64,000 bases of DNA from Chlorokybus atmophyticus (taxonomy: Eukaryota; Plantae; Mesostigma and Chlorokybus algae): NCBI GenBank assembly GCA_009103225.1, contig RHPI01003533.1, positions 62,001 to 126,000 on the forward strand. Direction: 5' to 3'. The notes beneath the pieces were generated by a model. It was not told where the DNA came from. It worked only from the letters and a program-made list of their open reading frames with translations, and ran no database searches. This document shows, piece after piece, positions 35,479-49,050 of this stretch. Each line of letters opens with the position of its first letter. Position 1 is the stretch's first letter. Both the position numbers and the translations under genes were made by a program.

Positions 35479-38400
35479 TTATTGATTGGGCAACAACAGA
35501 AATGAGAGAATATCGCTGAGCGAAATTACGCCCTCCACACGCCGCGTCCCATTCTCCACACACACGAGCCTGCGGACCCCTGTAACCAGCATTGAATCAG
35601 TGATGTGCTTCAACGTTCAGGGCATGCTCCCCCTCCCCCCCCTAGCAGGCACAAACGNNNNNNNNNNNNNNNNNNNNNNNNNNNNNNNNNNNNNNNNNNN
35701 NNNNNNNNNNNNNNNNNNNNNNNNNNNNNNNNNNNNNNNNNNNNNNNNNNNNNNNNNNNNNNNNNNNNNNNNNNNNNNNNNNNNNNNNNNNNNNNNNNNN
35801 NNNNNNNNNNNNNNNNNNNNNNNNNNNNNNNNNNNNNNNNNNNNNNNNNNNNNNNNNNNNNNNNNNNNNNNNNNNNNNNNNNNNNNNNNNNNNNNNNNNN
35901 NNNNNNNNNNNNNNNNNNNNNNNNNNNNNNNNNNNNNNNNNNNNNNNNNNNNNNNNNNNNNNNNNNNNNNNNNNNNNNNNNNNNNNNNNNNNNNNNNNNN
36001 NNNNNNNNNNNNNNNNNNNNNNNNNNNNNNNNNNNNNNNNNNNNNNNNNNNNNNNNNNNNNNNNNNNNNNNNNNNNNNNNNNNNNNNNNNNNNNNNNNNN
36101 NNNNNNNNNNNNNNNNNNNNNNNNNNNNNNNNNNNNNNNNNNNNNNNNNNNNNNNNNNNNNNNNNNNNNNNNNNNNNNNNNNNNNNNNNNNNNNNNNNNN
36201 NNNNNNNNNNNNNNNNNNNNNNNNNNNNCCCCCCCCCCCCCCCCCCCCCTCCCCTCTCCCCCCCTTCTGGTACATGCACGCTGATCTATTGCACCTGGAT
36301 TTGCCAGCTTTTCTAGTGCAGACTTTAGTGTATCAGACCGCGAACAGATGCGCTGCACAGCCCATTCTTCGAAGCCTCTTCGTCTGGACCCGCCGTGGCT
36401 TAGCGCAAGTGCGGTCTTCACAGTAATGTCATCCAACTGAAGTATGTAAAGGTTCCACTGTTAGCTCTGGTGGACTTCTGGCGCATGCCTTCATTACCAA
36501 GCAACTCAACAAGCTTGACCCAACTTGGCACAATACCTGCATGCGCGCGTACGCCTTGTCTCGAGCTAAAGAGGTGATGTCGGACCTGGCATACACGTCA
36601 ACAAGGGCACCATCGTTGTTGACCACCGGTAATGATGACACTTGAGCCTGCACACGAAAGATCGTGATGGCATGAGTTGGACCACAATTCACCGCTACTT
36701 GGTGAGATAGTGTAAACCGTCTGTGCATGAACCAGAGAAGCGTCCAACAGCACACAGTAGATTATCAGGTTGTTGCATAGCAACAACATACCTGCAAAAG
36801 CATGCCCAAAGCTGTCGTCAAGGGTGCATCTAGTCGAACTGTTGCCAGCTGGCGCTGCTGGCCTCCATGCGCAGCCCCTGCCCTGCAAGGACACCATTGT
36901 GCAATTTGAATTAGGTGCATAGCGCAACTTGGAAGCAAGCGGATTTGCGACAGCATTGCCACTGGCAGTTTGCACATACCCAGCCCTTGGGTTTCCCAGA
37001 TGGGCACCCCATGTGCCCAATGGAAGAGTACCAATGGGTTGCTGTAGTAACGGCAGTGCTGAAGGGAGGTGCTTGAAGTATCGACAAATGCATGACAGGA
37101 TACCCGACAGGCTTGCCAAGTGCAAGAGTGTTTGGAACCCTCCATCCGGCAATGACAGAATGGGTACCTGTTTTACAAGCGCGTGGATTGCTGATGTATC
37201 TGACAAGTAAGTGTAAGGGGATGTGAGTCGAGTGCCAACTTACTGTAGCATAGCCATACTGCAACAGCACTTTGGCAGTGTCAAATAGGCTGTAGTCTGG
37301 TCGCACCGCCACCAAAGGCTCATCTTGCAGATCAAGAGACTCTCTCCACTCCTGCAGTAGACAGCAAAGTAGCTTACGCAAAGCCGGTGTTTGGCAACAG
37401 CTGGCACTGTTGCATTATCCAGAATTCAATGGGTACACGTTCAGAGTGCACTGCACTGCACTGCTTGAGTGCATGTGCTTGTTGATTCGCACCTCAATGG
37501 TGGGAGTTTCAAGAATTGCATCGTTAAGCTCTGCACCATCCGATCTCAACTGACGTAAAATGGTGATGAAATCGGATGCCGATATCATGCCTACAAACGC
37601 CTTCCTCTGGCTATCCCAGAGGGGTGCGACACTCATCTCCATCTCATACAGCGCATGGAAAGCTTGTTTCACAGGAAGTGTCACATCTAACGCCAAGACC
37701 TGTGGCATAAACCATCACAATCAGTCATTGTTTTGTTGCACCAACATGAAGGCACACATATGTCAAACCTGTGAAAGCATGTGAAGCTCGTGTACCTTAC
37801 TGGACTCGGGTATGAGCTCATACGCTGTATGTGTCGAGAGGTACTCTCGTATACTTCGCCTACTGGAAGCGGCATCATTTATCCCAGGATGTGCAAGAGG
37901 GGGCACTATCAATGGTGCGATGTGCTGCGGAAAACCAGTTTGCATGCTCCGTTCAGTGAGTTTAACAAACAGCAGAAACACCCTCTGCCTGAAGTGACAC
38001 AGTGACCCAGTTTTCTGCACTCACACATTGCTGTACCGCAGGGACTTTGGGGAAAGGAATGTGTGAGACAAAAGTGTCCTCACCGTGGGTTGTAAGTGAG
38101 AAGCAACAGAGTGGCGAGGTGTCATGGAAGTATCCTGGTCAACATCCATTCGCCCCGCATGTGCACTGGACGCATCATGCTCCTGCTGTGCATGCCATGC
38201 ATATGACATATCAACAATGCAATCAGTGATGCACAGTCGCTCAACAACGAACTGCTTCTTTACAAAGCAACTGCACATACCGAGGCTTGCCGAGAGAGTT
38301 GCGCAAGCTGAGCTTCATCTGGCTTTTTCACCAGAACCCAGTTATTGACATTGCCGAGCGGGTCGGGCATGGAGGGAAGCCCCTCGTCATGGCGCCACTC

Positions 38401-38870
38401 TTCATCCACAATGTACTTGTACTGCATGCAAGGTATACTTGTATTCGTGTATACAAACTCTGAAGTGCATGCCATTAATCCCTTGGGGCCACTGTGTGTA
38501 CCTGGTGGTAGCCTGGAGGCAAGTTGATAATGACTACATGCACGCCTTCATCTGTAAGTGTCAATGGTATTGTTTCTTGCCATCTGCAGAGCGCATGTAA
38601 TGCGAAAAGTCACATCAACACGGCCACGCACTGGTATGTGCATTTGCACGATGTTTGAATTGTGCCACCACCAAAGTGGCATGCAGACATGCTTACAGTA
38701 TGCATGCAATAGGCTCCAAAGAAAAGACCAAACACGAAGGAAGTGAGGAAAGCAGTAATGGCTGAAAACGGGCAACATGTCATTCAGTGTGCTTACCTCG
38801 TGAATGAGCCGCATAAATGTACATTTCTGCCACCGTACCGCCACTCAAAGCGAGTGGGTACAACGGACAT
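35479..38870 (-). CDS. SNF4: SnRK1 hybrid beta-gamma subunit (N-terminal CBM + 4 CBS domains)
   Basis: [25 protein letters not shown]|WQETIPL..LPPGYHQ|[13 protein letters not shown] (AMPK-type CBM). CBS region: [91 protein letters not shown], last exon [29 protein letters not shown]. The last intron contains a gap. Confidence 0.95.
35658..36228. other. Assembly gap (N run) within the last intron of SNF4/KINbeta-gamma
   Basis: Run of n characters flanked by C-runs. Confidence 1.
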
Positions 38871-39466
38871 GCTTCCAACTCTCACAGCTCTGTTATGCTG
38901 GCTTCACGTCTCCGTCGGCAACCAAGCGCGAAGCGAAGTTTCCAATCGAGCGATGCTTATGCTGTGCAGTACACCTCGCCGTTGCAATGCAGCATTGACA
39001 GTTCCTTTTTCCTGACTATTGTCATCGACAGGCAGCATAGCGTATGCTGAAGAGCCATGCGCATAACACCCCTGCGCAAGGGTCACTGAGCATTGCAACA
39101 TAATCAAACACAGCTAGACTGCGCTGCTCAATGCTTAGCAGCACAGCTCAAACAGGCACATCGACCACATACTGGAATACTGTGCACGCTGACAAATCTT
39201 TATTAGTAAATGGCAATGCGCAATCACACGCCCAGCGCAACCTCACAAGTCGAGTACATTACAGTCGAATTGTAGTGTGCGCACCTTGCACTGCAATGCT
39301 GCTTAGCGCGATAGCATCCGCGCCAGCCTTTCTCAGCTTAGACCCGCCGACGCCACTGCCTACCCAAGATAACCACATCAACGCGTCGTCCTGCTCCTGC
39401 TCCTCCTCGACGTCGTCCTCGGCGGTGGCGGCGGCGGCGGCTAACGCTTCCCGCCAGAACGTGGAG

Positions 39467-39480
39467 TAGGGTTAGGGTTT
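39467..39480. promoter_or_regulatory. Telo-box pair (tagggttagggttt) in the divergent SNF4/FIE promoter
   Basis: Directly visible; adjacent to a GCC-rich segment typical of the 5' UTRs seen elsewhere in this window. Confidence 0.55.
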
Positions 39481-39871
39481 CTGGCACAAACATCAACGGC
39501 GCCGTTTTTTGTTAAAGCAGCCTTGTACCAGGACGGACGATGCCCTCGTTGATACGAAACACTGCGCAGGCGAGCAATCTGCCGTTATAACACCGTTGAA
39601 GCGAATCATGTACACTGCTGCCACCAACGCTGTGGTTGATGTTGGCGAGCGGCGGCGGCCTGCGGTTGCATGCTGGAGCTTCCAGCACACTGATCATGTT
39701 AGTGATGTGTCGTTCGTGTGAGGGTCAATTGGTTGCTGAGCGAAGCTAAGCTAACAGACGACTGAGAGCTGCAAGCAGCAGAGCTGTGGTGGAATTGAAC
39801 CCCTAGTCATGGTGCGAGTAGCTTGTCACAGAGCGCAAAATCCTGGTTTCTTCTAAGAGCGACACTGTTGC

Positions 39872-42247
39872 ATGGCGGAGGCGGCGTCACGCCGTCAGAG
39901 CAAGCGCGACTATCGCTTTACCAATTGCGTGCAGGTGTGGCAATGCAGGAAAGTAAACATGCAAGGTGCAATCAGAGTTGTCACGTACATCAGTCAACCA
40001 GTACCTGTAAAAGTGCTGCACAGTTGATTCGCAACAGTACATCACTGCACAGTTGTTATGCAACAATGTGGCTGTTAGCAGCTACAGTGATTTGCCTGAG
40101 TGTCTGTGGCTAATCAACGAGGCACGCTGCTGCAGTTGCTCACTCTGTACATCACGTGGCAGCCAACATGCGTACTTTGCAGTTGTGTGTACATTTCAGC
40201 GATAAGTTGCTGTCGAGTTTTCATGCACACTAACAGCGACAAGTTTGCTGCACTTACAAGCAATACGCAAGCCAGTCCACACAGAATTGCGACATGTTGT
40301 GGCCTACTGAGGCTTTTTCTGTTAGGAGGACCACGGCAAGCCAATCTATGGCGTGGCGTTCAACTTGATAGACCTCAGGTTCAGCAATGCATTCGCCGCT
40401 GTTGGCAGCAACAGAGTGAGCGTGTACGAGTGCGCTCCAACTTCCTGTCCCGACATCCATCCCCTTCAAGTAGGTGCAATGCTGAGACCTAAGTACTTGT
40501 TGCCCGCAAGGTTGGCGATGAGGTTGCATCTGCGCACAGGTTTACGTTGATGAAGACCCAGAAGAAGTGTTCTACTGTGTCGCTTGGGCATCAGATAACA
40601 TTGGCGCGCCGCTGATTGTTGCGGGCGGCCTCAATGGCATTATCAGGATAATTGATTGCGTTAAAGAGGAGCACAGGGGAGCCCTTGTTGGGCATGGAAA
40701 CTCCATCAATGACCTCAAGGTGGCATATAGGATACACTCTTGCCCACGTTGAGTATCATTGAGATATTTGTGTATTACCTCGCAATACTGGTACCCTCAC
40801 GACTTGTTATTGCACGTTTGTTGCAGTTGCATCCACTGAGGCCGCAGCTGCTGCTATCTGCTTCAAAAGATCATTCGCTGCGGCTGTGGAACATTGCCAC
40901 GGGCGTGTGCATACTGATCCTGACAGGTGACGGCTCGCATGCTAACGAGGTATGGGTACGCTTAAGGGAGAAGCCGCGCTTTGGCAACCAACGCACGCTG
41001 TCCCACAGGTGCTTAGTGCAGACTTCAGGTGCTCTCCAGATGGCGACATGGTAGCAAGCAGTGGGATGGATAATACCGTTCACATCTGGTCTCTCAAGGG
41101 ACAAGTAAGGCATGCAATAGTATGAGGTTGTTGTGGTTGCAGCTTCAACCTTTACGCGTGCCTCCATAGTGTGTTGTTAGCATCACTTGAGTGCGTGTAC
41201 GCTCAGTCTGGTTCACCGCTTGACTGGTAGAGTTGCATGCATGCCTGCTACTATAGTTTGAGATGCAGAGTCATGCAATGAAGTCTGACTTAGGATACCT
41301 GTAGGAGGCGCTGATTGACAAGAGTTTCAACTGGCCTCCCAAGGAGGATTCAAGCAAGCCCGCTTCTGCATTCCCCACACGTTACTTGCAACATCCGGTC
41401 TTCTCCACGCACTCGCTGCACCTCAACTACATCGACTGCGTGCGGTGGCTCGGGTCGCTGCTGCTGACAAAGTCGGTTGACAACAAGATTGTGCTGTGGC
41501 GCAACGAAGACAACAGAGTCAGGGTTTTGCAGGAGTACCGAATGCAGGACTGCGACGTGTGGTATATCAGGTTCTCTCTCGACTTCCACCTTACAACGCT
41601 GTCCATTGGTAAGAGAGAGGTTTATCTAACCACTAGTGCACAGATGCGCTGCACAGCGAGTTTTGTTCTGAGCTGGGCTGCATGGTGGTTTTTCTCATGC
41701 ATCAGTGTTGTTTGTCTGTTGCGCAGGCACTCGCGATGGCAAAATCTATGTTTGGGATGTGCACGCATGCCCACCGCACCTGTATGCAAGGTGTGAGTGG
41801 CTCCCAATATCATGACCATGCAACCCTCATAACTTGGTAATGAAGGGTCTAGTACTTTGCAGGCTGGCACACTCTCGCTGCAAAGCTGTCATCCGCCAAA
41901 CAGCCACTTCAATGGATGGCAGGTAAATTATTACCTATGGCGTAGTATTTATCGTGCAACATGTTTGCGGATATGCATGGGTTGGTGTAAAGCTTTGGAC
42001 TTGGTAGCATCAGATCACAAGTCACACACACCAATGCACAGCTCCCTTCGATCACAACATTACAAGGTTACATGTATGCTTGGCGTGAAGCCAGTACTAT
42101 ATGAACAGGCCATATAGGGCTTGCGCGCTTCAGAATGCGAAGCTGTTACTGATCATGAGGTGCCTTTTTCCTGGCAGAACAATACTGGCGTGTTGTGAAG
42201 ATGGAACTATTTGGCGTTGGGACGACATGAGCAGTCTAACTCCATGA
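39872..42247 (+). CDS. FIE: PRC2 WD40 subunit FIE/EED/ESC, multi-exon
   Basis: [157 protein letters not shown]; stop 42245-42247. Confidence 0.96.
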
Positions 42248-43152
42248 TGTCAGGCTGAGGTAAGACAAAGGGCCATTGCACTGTACTCGGCAAGTACTGT
42301 GTAGTGATGGCGCGAGAGTCAAGCCAGCAGTAGGATTGCAGTTATGTAAGGCAACTTGAACTGCGCAGTGATGCCACCCCTGGGCCAATGGGGCACTACG
42401 CAGTCACGCACCTGTTCAATTAATCAAAGCCTAAAAGTTGGTAGCCCTTGCCGACCTTTGCAAACACCAAAACCAGGTTGAACTATGACAGGGCACGCCG
42501 CAGAGTTCCTTGTTTTGCATCACTTTTATGGTTGTTGACCAATGACCAGTTGAGTTCACACAGTGCCAAGGCTATGCAGAAGTGTGCATCATTCTACCAA
42601 TGGTCTTTACTAGTACGAAGCACGGCACAACTTGCAACACAGAGTACCACTAATGTGCAAGCAATCTGCAAAGACATGTATCTGAACTGGTGCACGCTGT
42701 CTGCAATTATGGTGTCCCCATTTGCAATGCATATAAACGGTTGATGGCCAACACTCCCAGTGACAACTGCACCACGCTTGGGAAAGGGATGCAGCAAATT
42801 GACCTTTAATCTACAAGCTATGGTCGAAACTTGCTACTATACGACTATTCTCGTTGTTGGGGAGCTCGTCGGCATTGTTGCTGTCTAAATCGCATACACT
42901 GATGTGTAGTCTCATCCTTTAATGCACAGTTGAGTGTGATAACTGCCAACAAACTCCTCGTTTGCATTTACAAACATCTCAGCGCGTACATCCCATTGCA
43001 CCCCTGCAAAGCTCCTGGTGACATACCAATTCTGCAGAAACGCTCCACACCGTTGCTACGCGCAGCTAGGGTAGTGAGCCACCACCTGTTGCCTACACAA
43101 CCTCTTCCGCAGTTTTTGTACACAGGGGTCCCTACAACAAGGAAGGCATGTT

Positions 43153-46100
43153 CTAGTATGGTCGATAACCCGTAGGAATGCTCTGCGGACCACCCCCAAA
43201 AGCAGTGATGTGTTCTTCTCCACGTTTCTTTTCCACCTGCACAATACACCAACATAAAGCCGTTGCAATGCGCCCATGCAGCTGTGCAAAATTCGCGACG
43301 TGCATGCAGACTATGCCCAACGCGCAATGCAGTGCATGTGTCATGGGGTGCACTTACCTTGAGCCGGCGTCCGCTTATCATCACGTTATTCATTGCGTTG
43401 AGCGCAGCATCTGCAGCACCCACGCTGTCATAGCTGATGAACCTGCACACATAAACACTTGTGTCATACAAGCCTTGAGTCGCTACAAAACACCACCAGG
43501 CAAGCGGATCCTACCCAAAACCCTTTGTTCGCCCCGTTTCACGATCAAGACCAACCTTGGCATGAACGAGGTTACCTGGCCAGACATTAATACGCACACA
43601 AGGGTTACAAATGCCTGCAGCAACTGCAGATATACATAGGGCCTGATGAGAGCGTACCGAAAGGGGCGAATGTTTCTCGCAAGGAGTCATCTGTGAAATC
43701 ATCTGGGATGCGGAATACAAACAGGTTGGCTCCAGCCGGTCCAGTACCAAACTTGCTGTCACCTGTCCCGATAGACATAGACATGCCACCAGCTGGTGGC
43801 GGAAAGCTGCCTGGCACGGGCATATACGTCTGTGCCAGCCCCCACTGCAAAGACAGCGTGTCATTGATGATTTCCATAACCCTTGCAGTAGTTTGCACGC
43901 GCTCACACAGGCATGCATACACAGATCACACAGCATGCACGGATGATTTTGGACCTGAGTGGCTTACCATTGGAGGAGGAGCAGGCGGTGGCGGCTGTCG
44001 TTGCCTCTGCTCAAAGGCAAGCAGCTCCCCAGGCTTCTCCCAGACGCTCTGGCCAGTGACAGAATTGTAGTAGTACTTGTAGCCTTCTGGAGAGCTGTGC
44101 TCAGACCAGTCGCATTTCATTGGCGGCGGTGGCGGCTGCGGAGGAGGAGGAGGCTGATACATCATTCCGGCTTGTGGCGGTTGGAACATAGGCTGCAGCA
44201 ACTGCTGTAACCGCCCAAAGAACATGAGCCACAATGTCACATGAAGGACTTTAGATAAGATACATAACGTGTGGCCTGTTGGCGAGCAGAAGGCAGCTAC
44301 AAGGTGACTGACCTGCTGTCCAGGAGGAGGTTGCATTTGATGTCCATATGGAGGGGCAGCATATGGAGCATTAGTGGCATATGTCACGCTTGTTGAGGTC
44401 GGAGCCGTAGGCGCCAAAAACAGCGCACCTGGTCCCCTGTGAGCAAGCAGTGTCGTCGATAACAAGTGAGTAAGGCTGCATGGACACCAGAGTGCACGAC
44501 CACAATTCTGTCGAACTCACCTAGGGGGCAGACCGCCCACTGGTGATAGCGCGCTGCATGTGTAGGCATCGTTTGAAGACCGCTCTATTTGATTCAGTAT
44601 TCAAAAGCATGCAATTGCATTTACCTGGGCTCGTCCTGCCGTGACTTTTTCGGATCCGCAAAGCGAACGGCGACTGGTTGTGACATGCCCTGTGAAAGAA
44701 CACAACTTTCGCATTCAGGTAAGGCAAAAGACAAGCATAGATATTAAGGAAAGGAAAAAAGCAGACAGGCAAAGCTTGACTCTGACTCCCTACCGGCATA
44801 GTGTATTTGCCGTTCAGAGTTTGTATTGCTGCCAGCGCATGCTCCCGTTCTTTATATTTCACAAAGGCACATCCTGTCATGGGCCAATGTGCTGCCAGTC
44901 TCAATAACTGAGTATCGATTTCAACGCAACAATACGTACCTCTCAGCACATGCGCACTTTGCTTAAGTTGGTACCTTTACTGTTCTTGTCTGGATCCCGC
45001 ATGATGTACACGTCCTCAACATTGCCAAATGGAGCAAATACTTGCTCAATTTCAGCCTCGCTGGCATCTTTCCTCAAAGACCCAACAAACAACTTGTGCT
45101 CGACGGTGCCTGCGATGCGCAGGTTGATGAGCCAGCATAACTTGTTTTGCATGCCTGCGCCTGCAGGCAATGCAGTGCGAGTTCTTACCTAGCCTTTCCT
45201 TTTCACCATCTGCTAAGCGTACTTGTATTGTTGACGTACCCTGCACAGACAAGCTTGATTACAACGCGGCAGGTCATGTGCGCAGTCTGTGGGTTGCCAA
45301 CAAAACGGAGCTACTGCATGCCAGCTTGTGCATATCTACATATCTGCATAAGCAACTTTGCAAACCAATGGTTAAAGTGCAAGCTAACAGAACCAGCATC
45401 ACTCTATGACAATTTTTGTGTCAAATGCACAACCAAAACCTACTCCTGGGAGAGTGCGCAGGTTGTTGCAGGCCTTGATGCACTTTTCGGCTTCTATGAG
45501 CGTTGCAAACTTGACAAATGCGCAGCCTGGTGGTTACATCACAACTTAGTGCCAACAAGCAAGCAATGCTTGTAAAAGCATGCAGCAGAAGTAATAACCA
45601 AAGGGGCAGGCACACTGATAATGACCCCATTCACCAAGGCTGCGCATGTTCGCGTGACATGCACGTGTTGCAGCGCATGATGATATTCAACCAGCCAGCG
45701 CTGACTACTGATGCTACTGCGGCCATCCATCCACTGTGGAATCCATCCATTCCCATCGCACTGCGCGGCCCATTGCATCTTCGTGTATCATCAATATGCC
45801 CATGTGGGGAACGCATCGCACGATGAGACCATCATGCCCATCGCCATCATCAGCATCGTCAAGTGAGCCCATCATTCGTCATCGCACGGCAGCCAGCCAC
45901 TTCATTGCATGTGTGGTACTGAGAGAGCGTACACTCACTCGGACGAACGGATTGGCATCACGTCTCTGGCAAGACCCTGTTTGCCACGCTTGCCACGCCG
46001 ATTCCAGGTCACGTGAGACATCAACTCTACCACGCTGCTGTCGATATATGGCGCGATGGCGAATTATTGCATGCGCAATTGGGGGATTGCCTTCCCGAAC

Positions 46101-46912
46101 TGGCCAGGAGGCCCTCTAAAGCTGTTCTCAGCGTCACCCACCCAGATGGTCGTTTCTAACCAGCCACAACGATAGCACAAACTGAACCTGCTGCACTCGT
46201 GAGCCATGCCTCAGTTCTCACCTTGGCTCGCGCCAGTTTGCTTGTTGCGTATAACTGCAATCTCCAGCACACGACCAAACTCCGCGAACAGAGGGCGAAT
46301 CTGCAGGCAGCACAGTGGTAATATACAACTTTTGGAGAACAAGACCATCCGATTATAAGAAGGCAGGCTATGCACAGCTTATATGCAGCTGACAATGCAA
46401 AGAGCGCGTGCACGGCATGCTAGCGCTGAGCTCATGACTACTGACAACAGCTAATGCAACTACACAACTTCCTCAACGCATACGCTGGTTGTAACCCTAG
46501 AATACTGTGAGATGAAGCTTGATCTGAGCTGAAAGCGCACAAGTTGCGAAAGCAAGTTGAAATACACGTGCTACGGATCCCAAAAGAGAAGCATGCATGC
46601 TGTGCAAAGCTAGCAACTGCCACGTACATCGTTCTCATCGCAGGTGCGGGGCACAGAGCCGATGAACAATTTGACAAACTGGCCGGTCAGCAGATCGTTC
46701 TCCAGGCCTGGTGGAAAGAGGAGGAAAACGCATGGCGGGCATGTGAAGCCACTGTTGGCACTGGTCAAGCAAGCCAAACCCTAGGACAGGCAACAAGTGC
46801 AGCGCAAACAGTGCAGACACTCATCCCTACCGTTGGCAGCTGCCTCCCCTGAAGCAGGTGCGCCGTTCGAATGTGCTTCAGCTGTCGTAGGCGTCGGCGC
46901 TTCCGAACCCAT
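43153..46912 (-). CDS. FCA/CELF(Bruno)-like RNA-binding protein: RRM1-RRM2-WW-RRM3
   Basis: RRM1 [44 protein letters not shown]; RRM2 [39 protein letters not shown]; [30 protein letters not shown]; RRM3 [54 protein letters not shown]; ends YRPY*. An alternative ATG exists at 46981. Confidence 0.9.
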
Positions 46913-47450
46913 GCCGGACGCCCACAATAACGCCTCCGCCGCCCTGACGCCCCTGCGGCGCAGCACAACAATGACGGCCACATCGGCGAACTCCTTGGCT
47001 CACCAAAGCCGCGTGCATCACGTCGAGTCACTACTGCATCACATTGTGTGATTCACATGACGTGTGATGCTGCTGCAGCACTGAGTGCTACAACCTTTCA
47101 GCGCTTAAGACCCAATTTGCATTTCCCCTTGAGTTGGGTTATTCTGTACCCTTGGGATGCAAGTTGCATCCCAAGGGTGTAGAAAGCCACCATGACACTC
47201 CACGACAATATCAAAGCTGACATATATCTCATCACAACGCAATTCAATGTACAGTTCACATTGCTTAACCCCACATGGTCGCAGTCAACGTGCAAATGCA
47301 TGCTAGGCAGTGGAAGGAGTGAGGTGTGATCAAACTTCGCATGAATGTGCAGCACAAACAAATGGTTGCATAGGGCAATACAAGTGCACACAATACTCAT
47401 TAATCAAAGCATAGATATGTCTTGTGTTCAGCTGCACGCTCGCATACATA

Positions 47451-47915
47451 CAGTCCACCCCCGTTAAAAAACTTCGGTTTAAGTGAATAACCCCGTTAAG
47501 ATCATGGTTTTGCAAAAGACCGATGAATTCACAGGCAAATATCTTTGCTTAGTGGAATAGTCTTGTACATAATAAGATTAAAGCGAGGGCTTGAAAATCA
47601 TAATGCGCTCGGTTGTAACGGGGGGATACCTCGTTGACGGCATGCTTATTGTTATTGGCATCAACATGTTACCAAACTCGTATATAGATTTGTACATAGT
47701 GTTTTTGTTGTTGACGATTTATGGAGTTCATTTATGCCAGGTCAGCATACGGTGACGTGGCTTAAAATAATTGCGCGATGCCCCTATCAGTGAAATATCT
47801 GTATTCTACAATCATTTTAAAAAATTGTATACTCTTTTAAGCGCCCAAAAGATAACCCCGTTAGTGGAATGAAAAGCTGAAAGATGAGCATGATTCTTAT
47901 AATGGGGTCAGACTG
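47451..47915. mobile_element. Putative Tc1/mariner(pogo)-like MITE, TA target duplication
   Basis: TA|CAGTCCACCCCCGTTAAAA ... TTATAATGGGGTCAGACTG|TA: imperfect TIR of about 20 bp; AT-rich non-coding interior; internal repeat ataaccccgtta twice. Confidence 0.5.
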
Positions 47916-49050
47916 TAGCACATATGCTATGTAGTGTAGAGAGTTGATGGGCCGGGTGTACTCATCTAGTAATTGAAGCTGTCCTTAAGTGTCTGCTCTG
48001 CATACGGCTGCACGACTGCGTATGAGTGTTGTTGTTGCCACAAGAACAACAGAGAAGAGGTTTGTCGTGTTTGGCATGCTGCGCCGCAGCATAACAACCA
48101 TAATGGCATTGTGTGCCTCGTATAAAAGCTCTTACAATTTATACCTCGTTCAATTTTAAGTGTATACCTGAGGTTATACTTTCGGCCTTAATCAGCACGA
48201 TCATGCGGCGGGTAGAATATCGGTTTAATTGATGCTAAGGTAATTGTAATCGAACTTGCACTTATAAATTATTATCAGCTTAGCAAATGCAATGCAAGTG
48301 CAAAAAGTAGAGGTTGCGACCCACTTGCACAAGTGCAGGACGACCATGCTATGCATGGTACATTGCATCATGCACTCCTTCTTCCTGTGTACACTTTGAA
48401 CCCATGCGCGTTCCCCGCGGCTGCCTTGAATACCTCGTGTAGGTCAAAGTACTAATTGGGCCTACACGTCTTAACCGCTACCTACCTAGGTGTTGTATAC
48501 GCTTGCTTTTGCCACAACTTTGCCTGCTTGCTCACATGCTTGCTCTTGCCAAGACTAGGAGCCCTCTTCCTCTTCCCCTTCGCCCCCAAAGGGGGAGTGA
48601 TTGCACACACGTAGATAGCACACATAGTTGGATACTGCCTTGATTTCGTAACTTCCTTGTGTGTCCCATTCGTTGCTGTGCGCGTTGCCCTGTGTGTCCC
48701 TTGCTTATCAGCCTCATTCAACAACATATACATATGCTACACATGCCAGCATGAATGGCCGTTACTTAGTAAGAAGATGGCGTGGTTGTGATGGAGTGAG
48801 CATCAAGAGTGATCACATGTCATGAGTGGGTAACCCTGCCGGCAGGCATGCCCGGTGGTGTTAGTTGTCTGCATGAGGTATATGTACAGGATAAGCACGA
48901 GGCTGTTATAAGCATGCATTTCAACGCCATGCATCACATATAGCACACCAAACGCAGCGCAGTGTTTCATGCACGGCCACCGGGATAACCATTATCTACT
49001 ACCCCTACTCCTACCGCCCCCATGTTAGTCATGCATGCATGCATGTATCC

